A stretch of 64,000 nt of DNA from assembly GCA_965208105.1 (NCBI GenBank), contig OZ242318.1, positions 800,001 through 864,000 of the forward strand. The letters run 5' to 3'. Each line of letters starts with the position of its first letter. Position 1 is the stretch's first letter. The stretch comes from Candidatus Latescibacterota bacterium. Its GTDB lineage: Bacteria > Latescibacterota > UBA2968 > UBA8231. The notes beneath the pieces were generated by a model. That model made no database searches and was not told the origin of the DNA. It saw nothing but the letters and a program-made list of their open reading frames with translations. The translations under genes were made by a program, and so were the position numbers. Shown in pieces: positions 9,087 through 17,605 of this stretch.

Positions 9087-11006
9087 TCAACTCTCCGGCA
9101 GCAAGTTGTACTTCTTCACCTTGCGGTGCAGGGTCGTGCGGTCGATGTTCAGCACCCGTGCGGCCCGGGTGATGTTGCTTCGTGAGAATTCGAGGGCGCG
9201 GACAATGGCCTGCCGCTCGGCTTCCTGCATCGAGAGGGGGTGATGGTCAGCGGCCTCGGGGCCGGTTGGAGGTGGAACCACCGCGGAGAGTTGGGGAGGA
9301 AGGCTGATTACCTGCAGGCGGTCGGTGGTCTCCAGCAACACGGCGCGTTCAATGGCGTTTCTCAGCTCGCGCACGTTTCCCGGCCAGTCGTAGGCCAGCA
9401 TTCTCTGCAGCGCCGCCGGGGAGATCCCGCGTATGTCTTCCCCGGAGCGATCGGCGTGTTCTTTCATAAAGTGTGCCGCCAACAAAGGGATGTCCTCACG
9501 GTGCTCTCTGAGCGGCGGTATGTCGAGGGGAAAGGCAGCCAGGCGGTAGAACAGGTCTGCGCGGAATCCGCCTTCATTCACCACGGTTTGCAGGTCCCGG
9601 TTGGTGGCCGCGATAACGCGGATGTCGATGGGAATCGTGGAGGTTCCACCCACCCGCTGGAGCTCCCGCTCTTCCAGGACACGCAGCAACTTGGCCTGCA
9701 GGGCCAGGGGCATGTCGCCGATTTCGTCGAGCAGAACGGTTCCTCCCTGGGCGCGCTCGAACTGCCCGATGCGCCGCGCCGACGCCCCCGTAAACGCCCC
9801 GCGTTCATGTCCGAACAGCTCGCTCTCGATCAGCGACTCGGGAATGGCGGCGCAATTGACCCCGATGAAGGGAGCCGCCTTCCTGCGGCTGTTATAGTGA
9901 ATCAGCCTGGCGACGAGCTCTTTGCCGGTTCCGCTTTCGCCTTGGATCAGCACCGTGATGTCGCTTTCGGCCGCCCGCCGCATCAAGGCGTAGAGGTCCT
10001 GCATGTTTTTGCTTTTGCCCACCATGCCGTCCATGGCGTAGGTCTTTCCCAGTTCCTCGCGCAAGCGCAGGACCTCGGATTTCATGCGCTCGCCCTCGAC
10101 CTCCCTGGACACGTCGCGGTAGATGACGACATGCCCCGTGGTGCCTTGCCGGCTGTCGTTTACGGGCGCGGTCGAGCGGAAGAACAGCCGGGGATTTGAG
10201 GTCCCGGCGGTGCTGACCTCCTCCTCCAGGTCGCCCGCGCCGTCGAGAAACAGCGTGCGCCACGATTCCGGAAGGACCGGCGGGCGGAGGCGGGCACAGA
10301 GGAGGGACCGGAGTTCACCGGGAGGCATCTGCCTGAGGTCGCCTTCCCCGGCATCGAGAAGTTCCTCGTATCCCCGGTTGGCCACCTGCAGGCGTCCATC
10401 GGCGCCGAACATGCCGATGGCATCTCCCGTGGCGTCGAGCACTGCCTGGAGTCTCCGGTTGCTGGCCTCGAGCCGCCGGTTGCTGGTTTCCAGGTCCCGC
10501 CTGTTGCGTGCCAGGTCCTGCTCGATGTTCCACTTCCCGGTGAGCGAAGCCGTGATCTGCTGGATCTCCTCCCGGGAAAATGGTTTTCGGATGAACAGCA
10601 GCTTGTGAAGAAACTCCATGTCGTCGACGATCTCGGGCAGGGTCCTGTCGGAGTACGCGGTCATGATCACGATTTCCATATCCGGCTCGAACTTGCGGAT
10701 CCTGCGCACTGTTTCTATTCCGTCAGCTCCCGGCGGCATCCTGACGTCCACATAGGCCATCGCAAAGGGACGCTTCGATTTCCTACCCGCCTTGACCATC
10801 TCCAGGGCTTCATCCCCGCTCACAGCATGGGCGAGCTCGAACTGCGGGAGAAATTGTTTTCCCGTATCCGGGACGAAGGTCGATGCCAGATCGTCGGTTG
10901 CCCTCCCTGTGGACCCGCTGGACAGCATCTCCTCGAAGTCGTTGTGGATTTCCTCCTGGTCGTCGACGACCAGGACTCGGTAGTTCCAGGATTGGTTCGA
11001 TTTCAT
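9087..11006 (-). CDS. Sigma54-dependent response regulator (REC-coiled coil-PAS-AAA+-Fis HTH)
   Basis: VLVVDD..DVRMPPG receiver; GESGTGKE; GAFTGA; LLDEIG; [10 protein letters not shown]; C-terminal HTH ([19 protein letters not shown]). Confidence 0.95.
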   Translation of the reverse strand: MKSNQSWNYRVLVVDDQEEIHNDFEEMLSSGSTGRATDDLASTFVPDTGKQFLPQFELAHAVSGDEALEMVKAGRKSKRPFAMAYVDVRMPPGADGIETVRRIRKFEPDMEIVIMTAYSDRTLPEIVDDMEFLHKLLFIRKPFSREEIQQITASLTGKWNIEQDLARNRRDLETSNRRLEASNRRLQAVLDATGDAIGMFGADGRLQVANRGYEELLDAGEGDLRQMPPGELRSLLCARLRPPVLPESWRTLFLDGAGDLEEEVSTAGTSNPRLFFRSTAPVNDSRQGTTGHVVIYRDVSREVEGERMKSEVLRLREELGKTYAMDGMVGKSKNMQDLYALMRRAAESDITVLIQGESGTGKELVARLIHYNSRRKAAPFIGVNCAAIPESLIESELFGHERGAFTGASARRIGQFERAQGGTVLLDEIGDMPLALQAKLLRVLEERELQRVGGTSTIPIDIRVIAATNRDLQTVVNEGGFRADLFYRLAAFPLDIPPLREHREDIPLLAAHFMKEHADRSGEDIRGISPAALQRMLAYDWPGNVRELRNAIERAVLLETTDRLQVISLPPQLSAVVPPPTGPEAADHHPLSMQEAERQAIVRALEFSRSNITRAARVLNIDRTTLHRKVKKYNLLPES

Positions 11007-11123
11007 GAAGCAACCTTTACAGCCTCTTGACCATGGAGGCGGGCAGAAATTGGATGGTTTGGATTTCAGTCGAGATCGAAGGCTCAGGCGTGATCAGACG
11101 GGAATTTCCGGGGTGATGTATCC

Positions 11124-12401
11124 TCAGGGGAGGACGGAATCGAGCCGCAACTCGACGCGCATGGTGGTGCCCGTTCCGCGGCCGTTGCTCAATGGTTGGA
11201 TTTTTCCCCCGGAGCCAGTGACGAAGTTGGCCGCCGAATGGAGGCCCAGCCCGCTCCCCTCCCGCTTGGTCGTATAGCCTGCCCCGAAGATCGCTTTGAG
11301 GTTTTTCCGGTCGATGCCGATACCGTTGTCCTCTACCTCGAGGACGAGAAAATCCTGCCGCACATAGGCTCTGATCTCGATGCGGGGCTGTCCCCTGAGC
11401 CCGCCCGACCGGTTCAGCTCCTCGATGGCTTCCATCGCATTCTTGAGCAGGTTGACCAGCATCTGATTGAACTGGGATTCCTGAACGCGAATCTCTTTGG
11501 GAGCGCCTGCGCAGTCCACATGCGTCTGTATCCCTTTGCTGGCAAACGAGTCCCGCACGATCCTCATGGCGCCGGAGATGGCCTGGCGCAGGTTGACGTC
11601 CTTGCTGGTCATGGCCTTGCTGTCAAAGCCGCGTTGCGCGCGCACGATGTCCACGATGTGGCTCGTCTGGCTGTTGACGCGTTCGACCGTGCGGATCAGT
11701 TCCTGATTCTGCTCGACGAAGTCGCCGGCAAGGGCAAGCAGAAACGGCCGGACCTGCCGGCCTTGCGCATCATGCTGGACGTACTCACCCCAGTCCTCCG
11801 CGTGACCTTCGGCGGTCTCCGACAAGGCCGACAGGCGTTCGATCAGCGGATTCTTCTCCAACTCCTCTTTCAGGGTCCCGACGCCGATGGCCACGCTGGT
11901 GATGGCGTTGCCGATGTTGTGCAGGATGGTGTCCATGACCTCCAGGCGGCCTTGTGCGAAAGCCTGGGCAAGGGCCTCGTCCGCCCGCACCTTCTCCGTT
12001 ACGTCGCGGAATACGGTGACCCCGCCGCGGACGGCCCCGGGCATCCTGATGGGCCTGCCGCTGGCACTGATATGGACCCCCTCGGGCTTGGCCGCGGTGC
12101 GGATGAACATCTCCATCTCGTCGGTGGCCTCCCCGCGCATCGCCCGCACCAGCGGCAGTTCCTCGGTTGGAACGGGCGTGGCCTGGTCGGCGTAGAATAT
12201 GCTGTATTCCTCCGTCCATCGGTCGGGGAGGGCATCCAGAGTCGAGCCGATTATGCGTTCCGCACTGGGGTTGAAGGTGAGGCCGCCATTCTCGTCGGCG
12301 ACTATCACACCGTCGCTGATGCTGTCGAAAATGGCCTGCATGAGTTGGATCTGGTGCTGAAGCTGGTCGACCGTGCTATTCAACTGAGCTCTGTTTCCCA
12401 T
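11124..12401 (-). CDS. Cytoplasmic PAS-domain sensor histidine kinase
   Basis: PAS (IFDSISDGVIVAD..FNPSAERI); H-box LHNIGNA; NLLKNAMEA; DNGIGI; GSGLGL. No TM helix seen. Confidence 0.92.
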   Translation of the reverse strand: MGNRAQLNSTVDQLQHQIQLMQAIFDSISDGVIVADENGGLTFNPSAERIIGSTLDALPDRWTEEYSIFYADQATPVPTEELPLVRAMRGEATDEMEMFIRTAAKPEGVHISASGRPIRMPGAVRGGVTVFRDVTEKVRADEALAQAFAQGRLEVMDTILHNIGNAITSVAIGVGTLKEELEKNPLIERLSALSETAEGHAEDWGEYVQHDAQGRQVRPFLLALAGDFVEQNQELIRTVERVNSQTSHIVDIVRAQRGFDSKAMTSKDVNLRQAISGAMRIVRDSFASKGIQTHVDCAGAPKEIRVQESQFNQMLVNLLKNAMEAIEELNRSGGLRGQPRIEIRAYVRQDFLVLEVEDNGIGIDRKNLKAIFGAGYTTKREGSGLGLHSAANFVTGSGGKIQPLSNGRGTGTTMRVELRLDSVLP

Positions 12402-12432
12402 GGTGGATAATCAGGGGAAGGGGACGAATCAC

Positions 12433-13953
12433 TCAACCGCCGCGATATTCGTCCCGCGCCTGCACCATCGCCGCGAGCTTGGCCTCGGCGACGCGGGCGG
12501 ATGCCACCGGGTTGTCGGCGAAGGTGGCGAAGCCGCAGTCGGGTGTAAGCAGGACGCGCTCGGCCCCGAATAGATCGGCGGCGCGGGAGATGCTCCGGCG
12601 TATGTCGTCAACCTGCTCCACCGCGTCCAGCTTCTGGTTGACCACGCCTATGCCGATGCGCTTGTCGCCGGGGATGTCCCGCAGCACCTCCGCTTCGCCG
12701 GCGCGCTCGGTGCAGAGCTCGAGGAAGAGAGTGCCCACCTGCGCGCGCATCAGGACCTCCAGGAGAGGCCGGTAGTCTCCCGCCAGGGCGGCGGACTCGT
12801 CCCGGGTCCAGTTGCCCCGGCAGATGTGCAGTCCCAGGCGCTCCGGCGGCAGGCCCCGGACCACCTCGTTGAGAAGACCGGAGGCGAAGTCCAGCTCCGG
12901 AGCTGTCTCCAGCTTCTCGCCCAGGGCGCCGCACATGAAGGTGCGGTTCTGGCTGGAGGCGCCGAAGACCACTTCGCTCAACACCGGCTCGTCGAACTGC
13001 ACCAGGGAAACCCCTGCGGCAAGGAGAAAATGGAGCTCCTCGCGCAACACCCGGACCACGTCCCTGGAGAGGTCCTCGCGGGTGTCGTAGGGGCGCTCGG
13101 TGAGGCAGTCCATCCACATGGTGCGGGTGAGCAGGTAGGGACCGGGGAGGGCGACCTTGAGGGGAAGGTCGGCGCAGGAGCTGGCGAAATCAAACTCGTG
13201 GACGGTGAGGGGCCTGCTGCGCCCGAGGCTGGCGTAGACCACTGGATGCCGCACCTCCGCCGCCGGAACGTCCAGCGCGCGGAGCTCGCGCTCGAACTCC
13301 TCCGGATGGTCCACCATGGCGGTGAGGTCGCTGAGGGGGATGAGCTGGCAGTTGTCAAGCAACCCCCCGACGAAGCTGGCGTAGCTGTCGCGGCGCTGCT
13401 CGCCGTCGGTGAGCACGTCGGCCCCCGCCCGGACCTGGGCGTCGACACAGAGGCGCACCGCGTCGTCGGCGGTGGCCTGGAACTCCTCCTCCTCAAGCCT
13501 GCCCTCGAGGCGGTCGTGGATCGCCTGCAGCATCCAGCGCGGGCGGGGCCAGCTGCCGATGCCCATGACCGACAGCGGAGCGACCCCGGGAGCAGGGGCA
13601 GGGGCCGGCAGGGTCTCGGGAATGGAGACCTCCACCTTCAACTGCTGGCCGATGGCGGCGGTAGCCGGCCCGGCCTGCGACGGCGCCCGCTCCACCAGCG
13701 GGCCCTTGCTCACCAGGTAGCTGCGCTGCCCGCCTTCCCTGGTCCACGACACCAGCTCGTTCCTGGTCAGGCGGCACCAGGCCGGCAGCTCCACCTCGAC
13801 GGTGGAATCGGTGGACAGGATCTCCAGCAGACCTCCCTGGTTCATCGGGTCGATGTGCCTGCGGATGAGAAGCAACAGCCCCCCGCCGCAGTCCAGGTCG
13901 CCGCCGTCGAAGCTGACGTCCGGCTGGTATGGGTGTCGTTCCACCGGTTCCAT
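12433..13953 (-). CDS. Cobalamin-independent methionine synthase II (MetE catalytic barrel)-like protein with N-terminal TusA/SirA domain
   Basis: N-term FDGGDLDCGGG..LEILSTD..LPAWCR (TusA fold); GSWPRP, LTDGEQRR, VQFDEP; Zn ligands HIC, E (LFLEL) and PDCGF. Confidence 0.85.
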   Translation of the reverse strand: MEPVERHPYQPDVSFDGGDLDCGGGLLLLIRRHIDPMNQGGLLEILSTDSTVEVELPAWCRLTRNELVSWTREGGQRSYLVSKGPLVERAPSQAGPATAAIGQQLKVEVSIPETLPAPAPAPGVAPLSVMGIGSWPRPRWMLQAIHDRLEGRLEEEEFQATADDAVRLCVDAQVRAGADVLTDGEQRRDSYASFVGGLLDNCQLIPLSDLTAMVDHPEEFERELRALDVPAAEVRHPVVYASLGRSRPLTVHEFDFASSCADLPLKVALPGPYLLTRTMWMDCLTERPYDTREDLSRDVVRVLREELHFLLAAGVSLVQFDEPVLSEVVFGASSQNRTFMCGALGEKLETAPELDFASGLLNEVVRGLPPERLGLHICRGNWTRDESAALAGDYRPLLEVLMRAQVGTLFLELCTERAGEAEVLRDIPGDKRIGIGVVNQKLDAVEQVDDIRRSISRAADLFGAERVLLTPDCGFATFADNPVASARVAEAKLAAMVQARDEYRGG

Positions 13954-13986
13954 GCTGCCCCCTTCCATGGCAAGAGGATCACGACC

Positions 13987-14349
13987 CTAGTAGGTGATGC
14001 ACGGGGTGCCGTCGGACAGAAACTCGACCAGCACCGCTCCTCCTACGATGGTCGCGCCGTCCACCAGGTTGCCTTCGTCCAGGCCGCGCTTTTTGAAGCA
14101 GGGCGCACAGACCAGGATGGTCCCCCCGCCTTCGGAGAAATTGCCCATCAGCTCCTTCAGGGGCATAAATCCCTCTTCGTGCACGTCGTCGGCGTATCCC
14201 CTCTGGGAGAGGCGCACGCCCTCGGTGCTCAGAAAGACGACGGTCTCCTGCTCGGAACCGAGGGCTGCGTTGGCGACGACGAAGGCCACGGTCGCCTTGT
14301 CGGTATCGTCTTTTGCACAGGTGAGACTGACGCAGAATTTTCCCGCCAT
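13987..14349 (-). CDS. DsrE/DsrF-like sulfur relay protein
   Basis: ATVAFVVANAA, VFLSTEGVRL, VCAPCFKKRGL; AGGAGG RBS. Confidence 0.88.
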   Translation of the reverse strand: MAGKFCVSLTCAKDDTDKATVAFVVANAALGSEQETVVFLSTEGVRLSQRGYADDVHEEGFMPLKELMGNFSEGGGTILVCAPCFKKRGLDEGNLVDGATIVGGAVLVEFLSDGTPCITY

Positions 14350-14388
14350 TGCTGTTTTCCTCCTGAGTTTGGGTTGTAGGGGCGTTCT

Positions 14389-14652
14389 TCAGCCGCCCTT
14401 GGCTTCGATCCAGTAGTGGGGATGCTCGGCGCGGAGCAGGCGGCGGCCGGTCAGCCGGCACCACGCCGGCAGGTCCACCGGCGCGCCCAGGTCCTGGGAG
14501 GTGAGCTTGAGCACTTCTCCGGGGTCGAGCTTCTGCATCCTCAGCCGCAGCAGGATGATGACCTCTCCGCAGCCCATGTGGCCGGCGTCCCACTCGTCGG
14601 CGGGGACCGGCAGGTCGGCTTCGGGAGTGCCGTGCTGGTCCGGTTCAGACAT
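14389..14652 (-). CDS. Sulfurtransferase TusA/SirA family protein
   Basis: WDAGHMGCGEVII..GEVLKLTSQDLGAPVDLPAWCRLTG. Confidence 0.85.
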   Translation of the reverse strand: MSEPDQHGTPEADLPVPADEWDAGHMGCGEVIILLRLRMQKLDPGEVLKLTSQDLGAPVDLPAWCRLTGRRLLRAEHPHYWIEAKGG

Positions 14653-15030
14653 CTGCCTGCCTCAGGCTCCTCCTGCGGTGACGCGCAGGCTCGGGAATGA
14701 ATGCGATGATCATGTACATGGCCGCTGCCAGACTGCTGCTGTCGGCCGCCCCGGATCGTGAGGTCGCGGCCTGGAGATTGCGGGCGGCACCACCCTTGAT
14801 TCGGTGATGACCGGCCAGGGGTAAATAAATGCCCTTTTCCGGTCCCACTGTCAAGACGCCGGGTTCAACGGAGCATCGGTGGTGCCCTGGCGAAACCTGG
14901 ACAATGCTGCAGCACCGCCCTGGCCACGGTCCGGTCGCCCCAGGCACCTGTGGGGGCAACCCTGGAGGCAGACCTCCATAGATAAATGGTACTACCAGGT
15001 ACCGAAACGGCTGCTGTCGCGGCGGAGACC

Positions 15031-17541
15031 CTATTTCAACAGCAACATTCTCCGCTCCCGCACAGATTCCCCGTCTGCCAACCGGTAGAAGTAGAGGCCG
15101 TTGGCTGCCTGCCGCCCGTGCTCGTCGGTTCCATCCCAGGTCACCCGGTAGTGCCCCGGGTCCTGGTGCTCCTCTACCAGGACCCTGACCCGTTGTCCGG
15201 TCACGTTGTAGACGGCCAACCGTATTGCGGCCGGTGCGGGCAATGTGTAGCGGATGGTGGTGGCCGAGTTGAAAGGATTGGGATAGTTCTGCTGCAGCGC
15301 AAAGCGCAGCGGCCGGGCAGATTCCCCCTCCTCGGTGACCGCGGTCACCGACCCGGACTCTTCGAACTGGAACGAATACAGCTTGGCTGCGCGCATCTCG
15401 AACTTGAGCCGCACCGTCTCTCCCACCAGAGGCGAAAGGTCGGGGTTGCCGCCCCAGGTGACCACCTTCCTTATGCGGTTGCGGCCGATGGGGTCGCAGT
15501 CGTCCAGACCGAATCCCCTGTAGGGTTCGCCTTGCTCATCGAGGACGGCCACCCTGGCCGTGCCCGCTGCCGAGGCGTTGATATTCAGCACCAGCCTGTC
15601 CCCCGAGAAAGTAATCGGGGGCGTGGTGAATCCGCCCCCCCCGTAGGGCGCGTCGGCGGACATGAACCCGTCCAGGCGCTGAACCACGCGGCGGATGGCT
15701 CCTCGAGGCGGGTCCCCAGGCTCGCTCCTGCCGCCGACAGAGTGAGTGTAGTTGAAACCGCCGTAGTACTGGTAGATCTCGTTCCCGGACCTCAGCATGC
15801 CCACGCCCATATACATCGTGCCGCCGTCGCCGGTCCCGTCCAGTCCCAGAGCGCCATACGGTCTCCGGTCCGCGCGCTTCCAGCGGATGCCGTCGCGTGA
15901 GGTGGCCATCTGGATCTCCACCAGGTCGGAATCCACGGTGCGGGGATCGTCCGGGGATGCGAATCCCCAGGGCGTTTTTATCCAGACCATGACGGTGAAG
16001 TTCCGCCCGTTCAGGTCCAGCTCAGGCCCGCGGCCGCAGTCCACGTAGCCGTTGCCCCCCAGCTCCAGTGCGCCCCCGAGACCCTGCGACCAGCGAAAAC
16101 TTCCCTTCAAGGCAGCGGTATTGCCGTGTCCCGAGAAATCCTCCGCCACCTCTCCCTCGCCCTCGTCGAAGGTCCAGTATGCGGCCAGGGCCTCGTCCGA
16201 CCCCACTACTCCAGCTTCCTCCCCCCGCAGCAGCGCCGCGGTCTGCCGGTAGTAGGCCTCGACCTCCGCAGCAGACAGGCCCCGGTGATAGATCCTCACT
16301 TCGTCGATGGTTCCGCTGAAGCCGTTACGGAAGGTGCCTCCTCTGTTGGCGGCCGCTCCAATGTAGAGGCGGTTGGTGCCGGAATAGGGGGTGGCGGAGG
16401 ATCCGGGCTCCTTGCGGACGTGGTACACGGCTTCGGCGCCGTCGATGTACAAACGGTAGGACGCTCCATCATAGGTGGCGGCGAGATGGTACCAGCGCGA
16501 GGGCTGGAGGGAAGCCTCGGACATGAGGCTGGCCTGGTCCCTGGCCTTGTTGGCGGTCCAGAAGGCGGTGCTGACCCGCCCGTGCTCGTTGTGCAGCATC
16601 AGGCGGTACTCGGGGAAGTTCCTGCCGCCCAGCTCCTTGGTCAGGATGGCCGCGGTGGGCGTGCCGGAATAATGCCTGAAGAGGCTGGGAAAGGCGAGGT
16701 AGGCTTCCTGGGCCCAGGGGTATTTCACAACGGAGGGGTTGTAGAGGTCCGAGTCGGGCGGGTCGAGCCCGTCGGGAGCGAGCACGGTGGGAAGCTCGCC
16801 GCCGCGGATATAGCCGTAGGTGCGTCCTTCCCCTGGAGGTCCCGAGCTGCCGCGCGGCGGAGTATGGGGCCAGGGCTGGGTAATGTCATCCATCTCCACC
16901 CGGGCCACCGAGCGATTGTTGCTGGTCCAGGCGCGCAGGAAGGCCACGTACTTGCCGATCCGGTCGTCCCAGAATCCCTGGTTCTGGGTGTCGGCATTGA
17001 AGGGCAGCAACATTCCCCGGCACTCCCAGTGGATGCCGTCCGGCGAAGTCCCCACGGTCACGCCGCCGCCGCCGCAGCCGCGGCCGACGAACTTGAAGCG
17101 CTCTTCGGGCCTGCCGTGCTCGTCCAGGAACACCGCACCTACCGCGTTCTTGAGGACGATGTTGTTTTCCATCGAGCCTTCGAACTCGACCACGTTGCAC
17201 GGCGGGCGGCGCCAGTGCACCCCGTCGTCGGACTCGGCGTAGCATACGTTGCGGCTCTCGAACGACGACGCGTCGTACCACATCAAATACTTCCCTCCGT
17301 ACTCCACCACCGAGCTGTAGGCCCCGACTCTCTTGCTCTCCCAGGGTCTTTCCGGCCGCAGTACCGCTTCTTCCTTGCGCGGAGGATTGACCACCAGGGT
17401 TATGGCGTCGTTTTCGGCAAAGAAACGGTCGTCGATGAACAGCTGTTTCCTCGAACCTACGTCGATGGCCTCATCGGAGAAGGCGTCGAAGCCGGTGAAC
17501 AAACAGCCGGTGACCAGCGCCGCTATCATCGCGTTCTTCAC
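15031..17541 (-). CDS. Secreted glycosidase-like beta-propeller protein with inserted LamG domain and C-terminal FlgD/T9SS-like domain
   Basis: GTG start after AAGGAG; signal peptide; KQLFIDD; Asp-box-like SDDGVHW, SPDGIHW, SRDGIRW; RLDGF; LamG motifs; ALQQNYPNPFN..WDGTDEHG..GLYFYRL. Confidence 0.85.
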   Translation of the reverse strand: MKNAMIAALVTGCLFTGFDAFSDEAIDVGSRKQLFIDDRFFAENDAITLVVNPPRKEEAVLRPERPWESKRVGAYSSVVEYGGKYLMWYDASSFESRNVCYAESDDGVHWRRPPCNVVEFEGSMENNIVLKNAVGAVFLDEHGRPEERFKFVGRGCGGGGVTVGTSPDGIHWECRGMLLPFNADTQNQGFWDDRIGKYVAFLRAWTSNNRSVARVEMDDITQPWPHTPPRGSSGPPGEGRTYGYIRGGELPTVLAPDGLDPPDSDLYNPSVVKYPWAQEAYLAFPSLFRHYSGTPTAAILTKELGGRNFPEYRLMLHNEHGRVSTAFWTANKARDQASLMSEASLQPSRWYHLAATYDGASYRLYIDGAEAVYHVRKEPGSSATPYSGTNRLYIGAAANRGGTFRNGFSGTIDEVRIYHRGLSAAEVEAYYRQTAALLRGEEAGVVGSDEALAAYWTFDEGEGEVAEDFSGHGNTAALKGSFRWSQGLGGALELGGNGYVDCGRGPELDLNGRNFTVMVWIKTPWGFASPDDPRTVDSDLVEIQMATSRDGIRWKRADRRPYGALGLDGTGDGGTMYMGVGMLRSGNEIYQYYGGFNYTHSVGGRSEPGDPPRGAIRRVVQRLDGFMSADAPYGGGGFTTPPITFSGDRLVLNINASAAGTARVAVLDEQGEPYRGFGLDDCDPIGRNRIRKVVTWGGNPDLSPLVGETVRLKFEMRAAKLYSFQFEESGSVTAVTEEGESARPLRFALQQNYPNPFNSATTIRYTLPAPAAIRLAVYNVTGQRVRVLVEEHQDPGHYRVTWDGTDEHGRQAANGLYFYRLADGESVRERRMLLLK

Positions 17542-17605
17542 GGTCTTGACTCCTTGTAGTTCCGGTCCTTCCCGCCCGACTCCCGCCCGCGGCCAACCCT
17601 CCGGC

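Noticed and set aside
14655-14825. Possible SAM or other riboswitch in the ~170-nt leader of the TusA/DsrE/MetE cluster
   Set aside because: No SAM-I (AUC..GAG..GAU), SAM-II or cobalamin core motifs could be identified by eye. cmscan would be needed.
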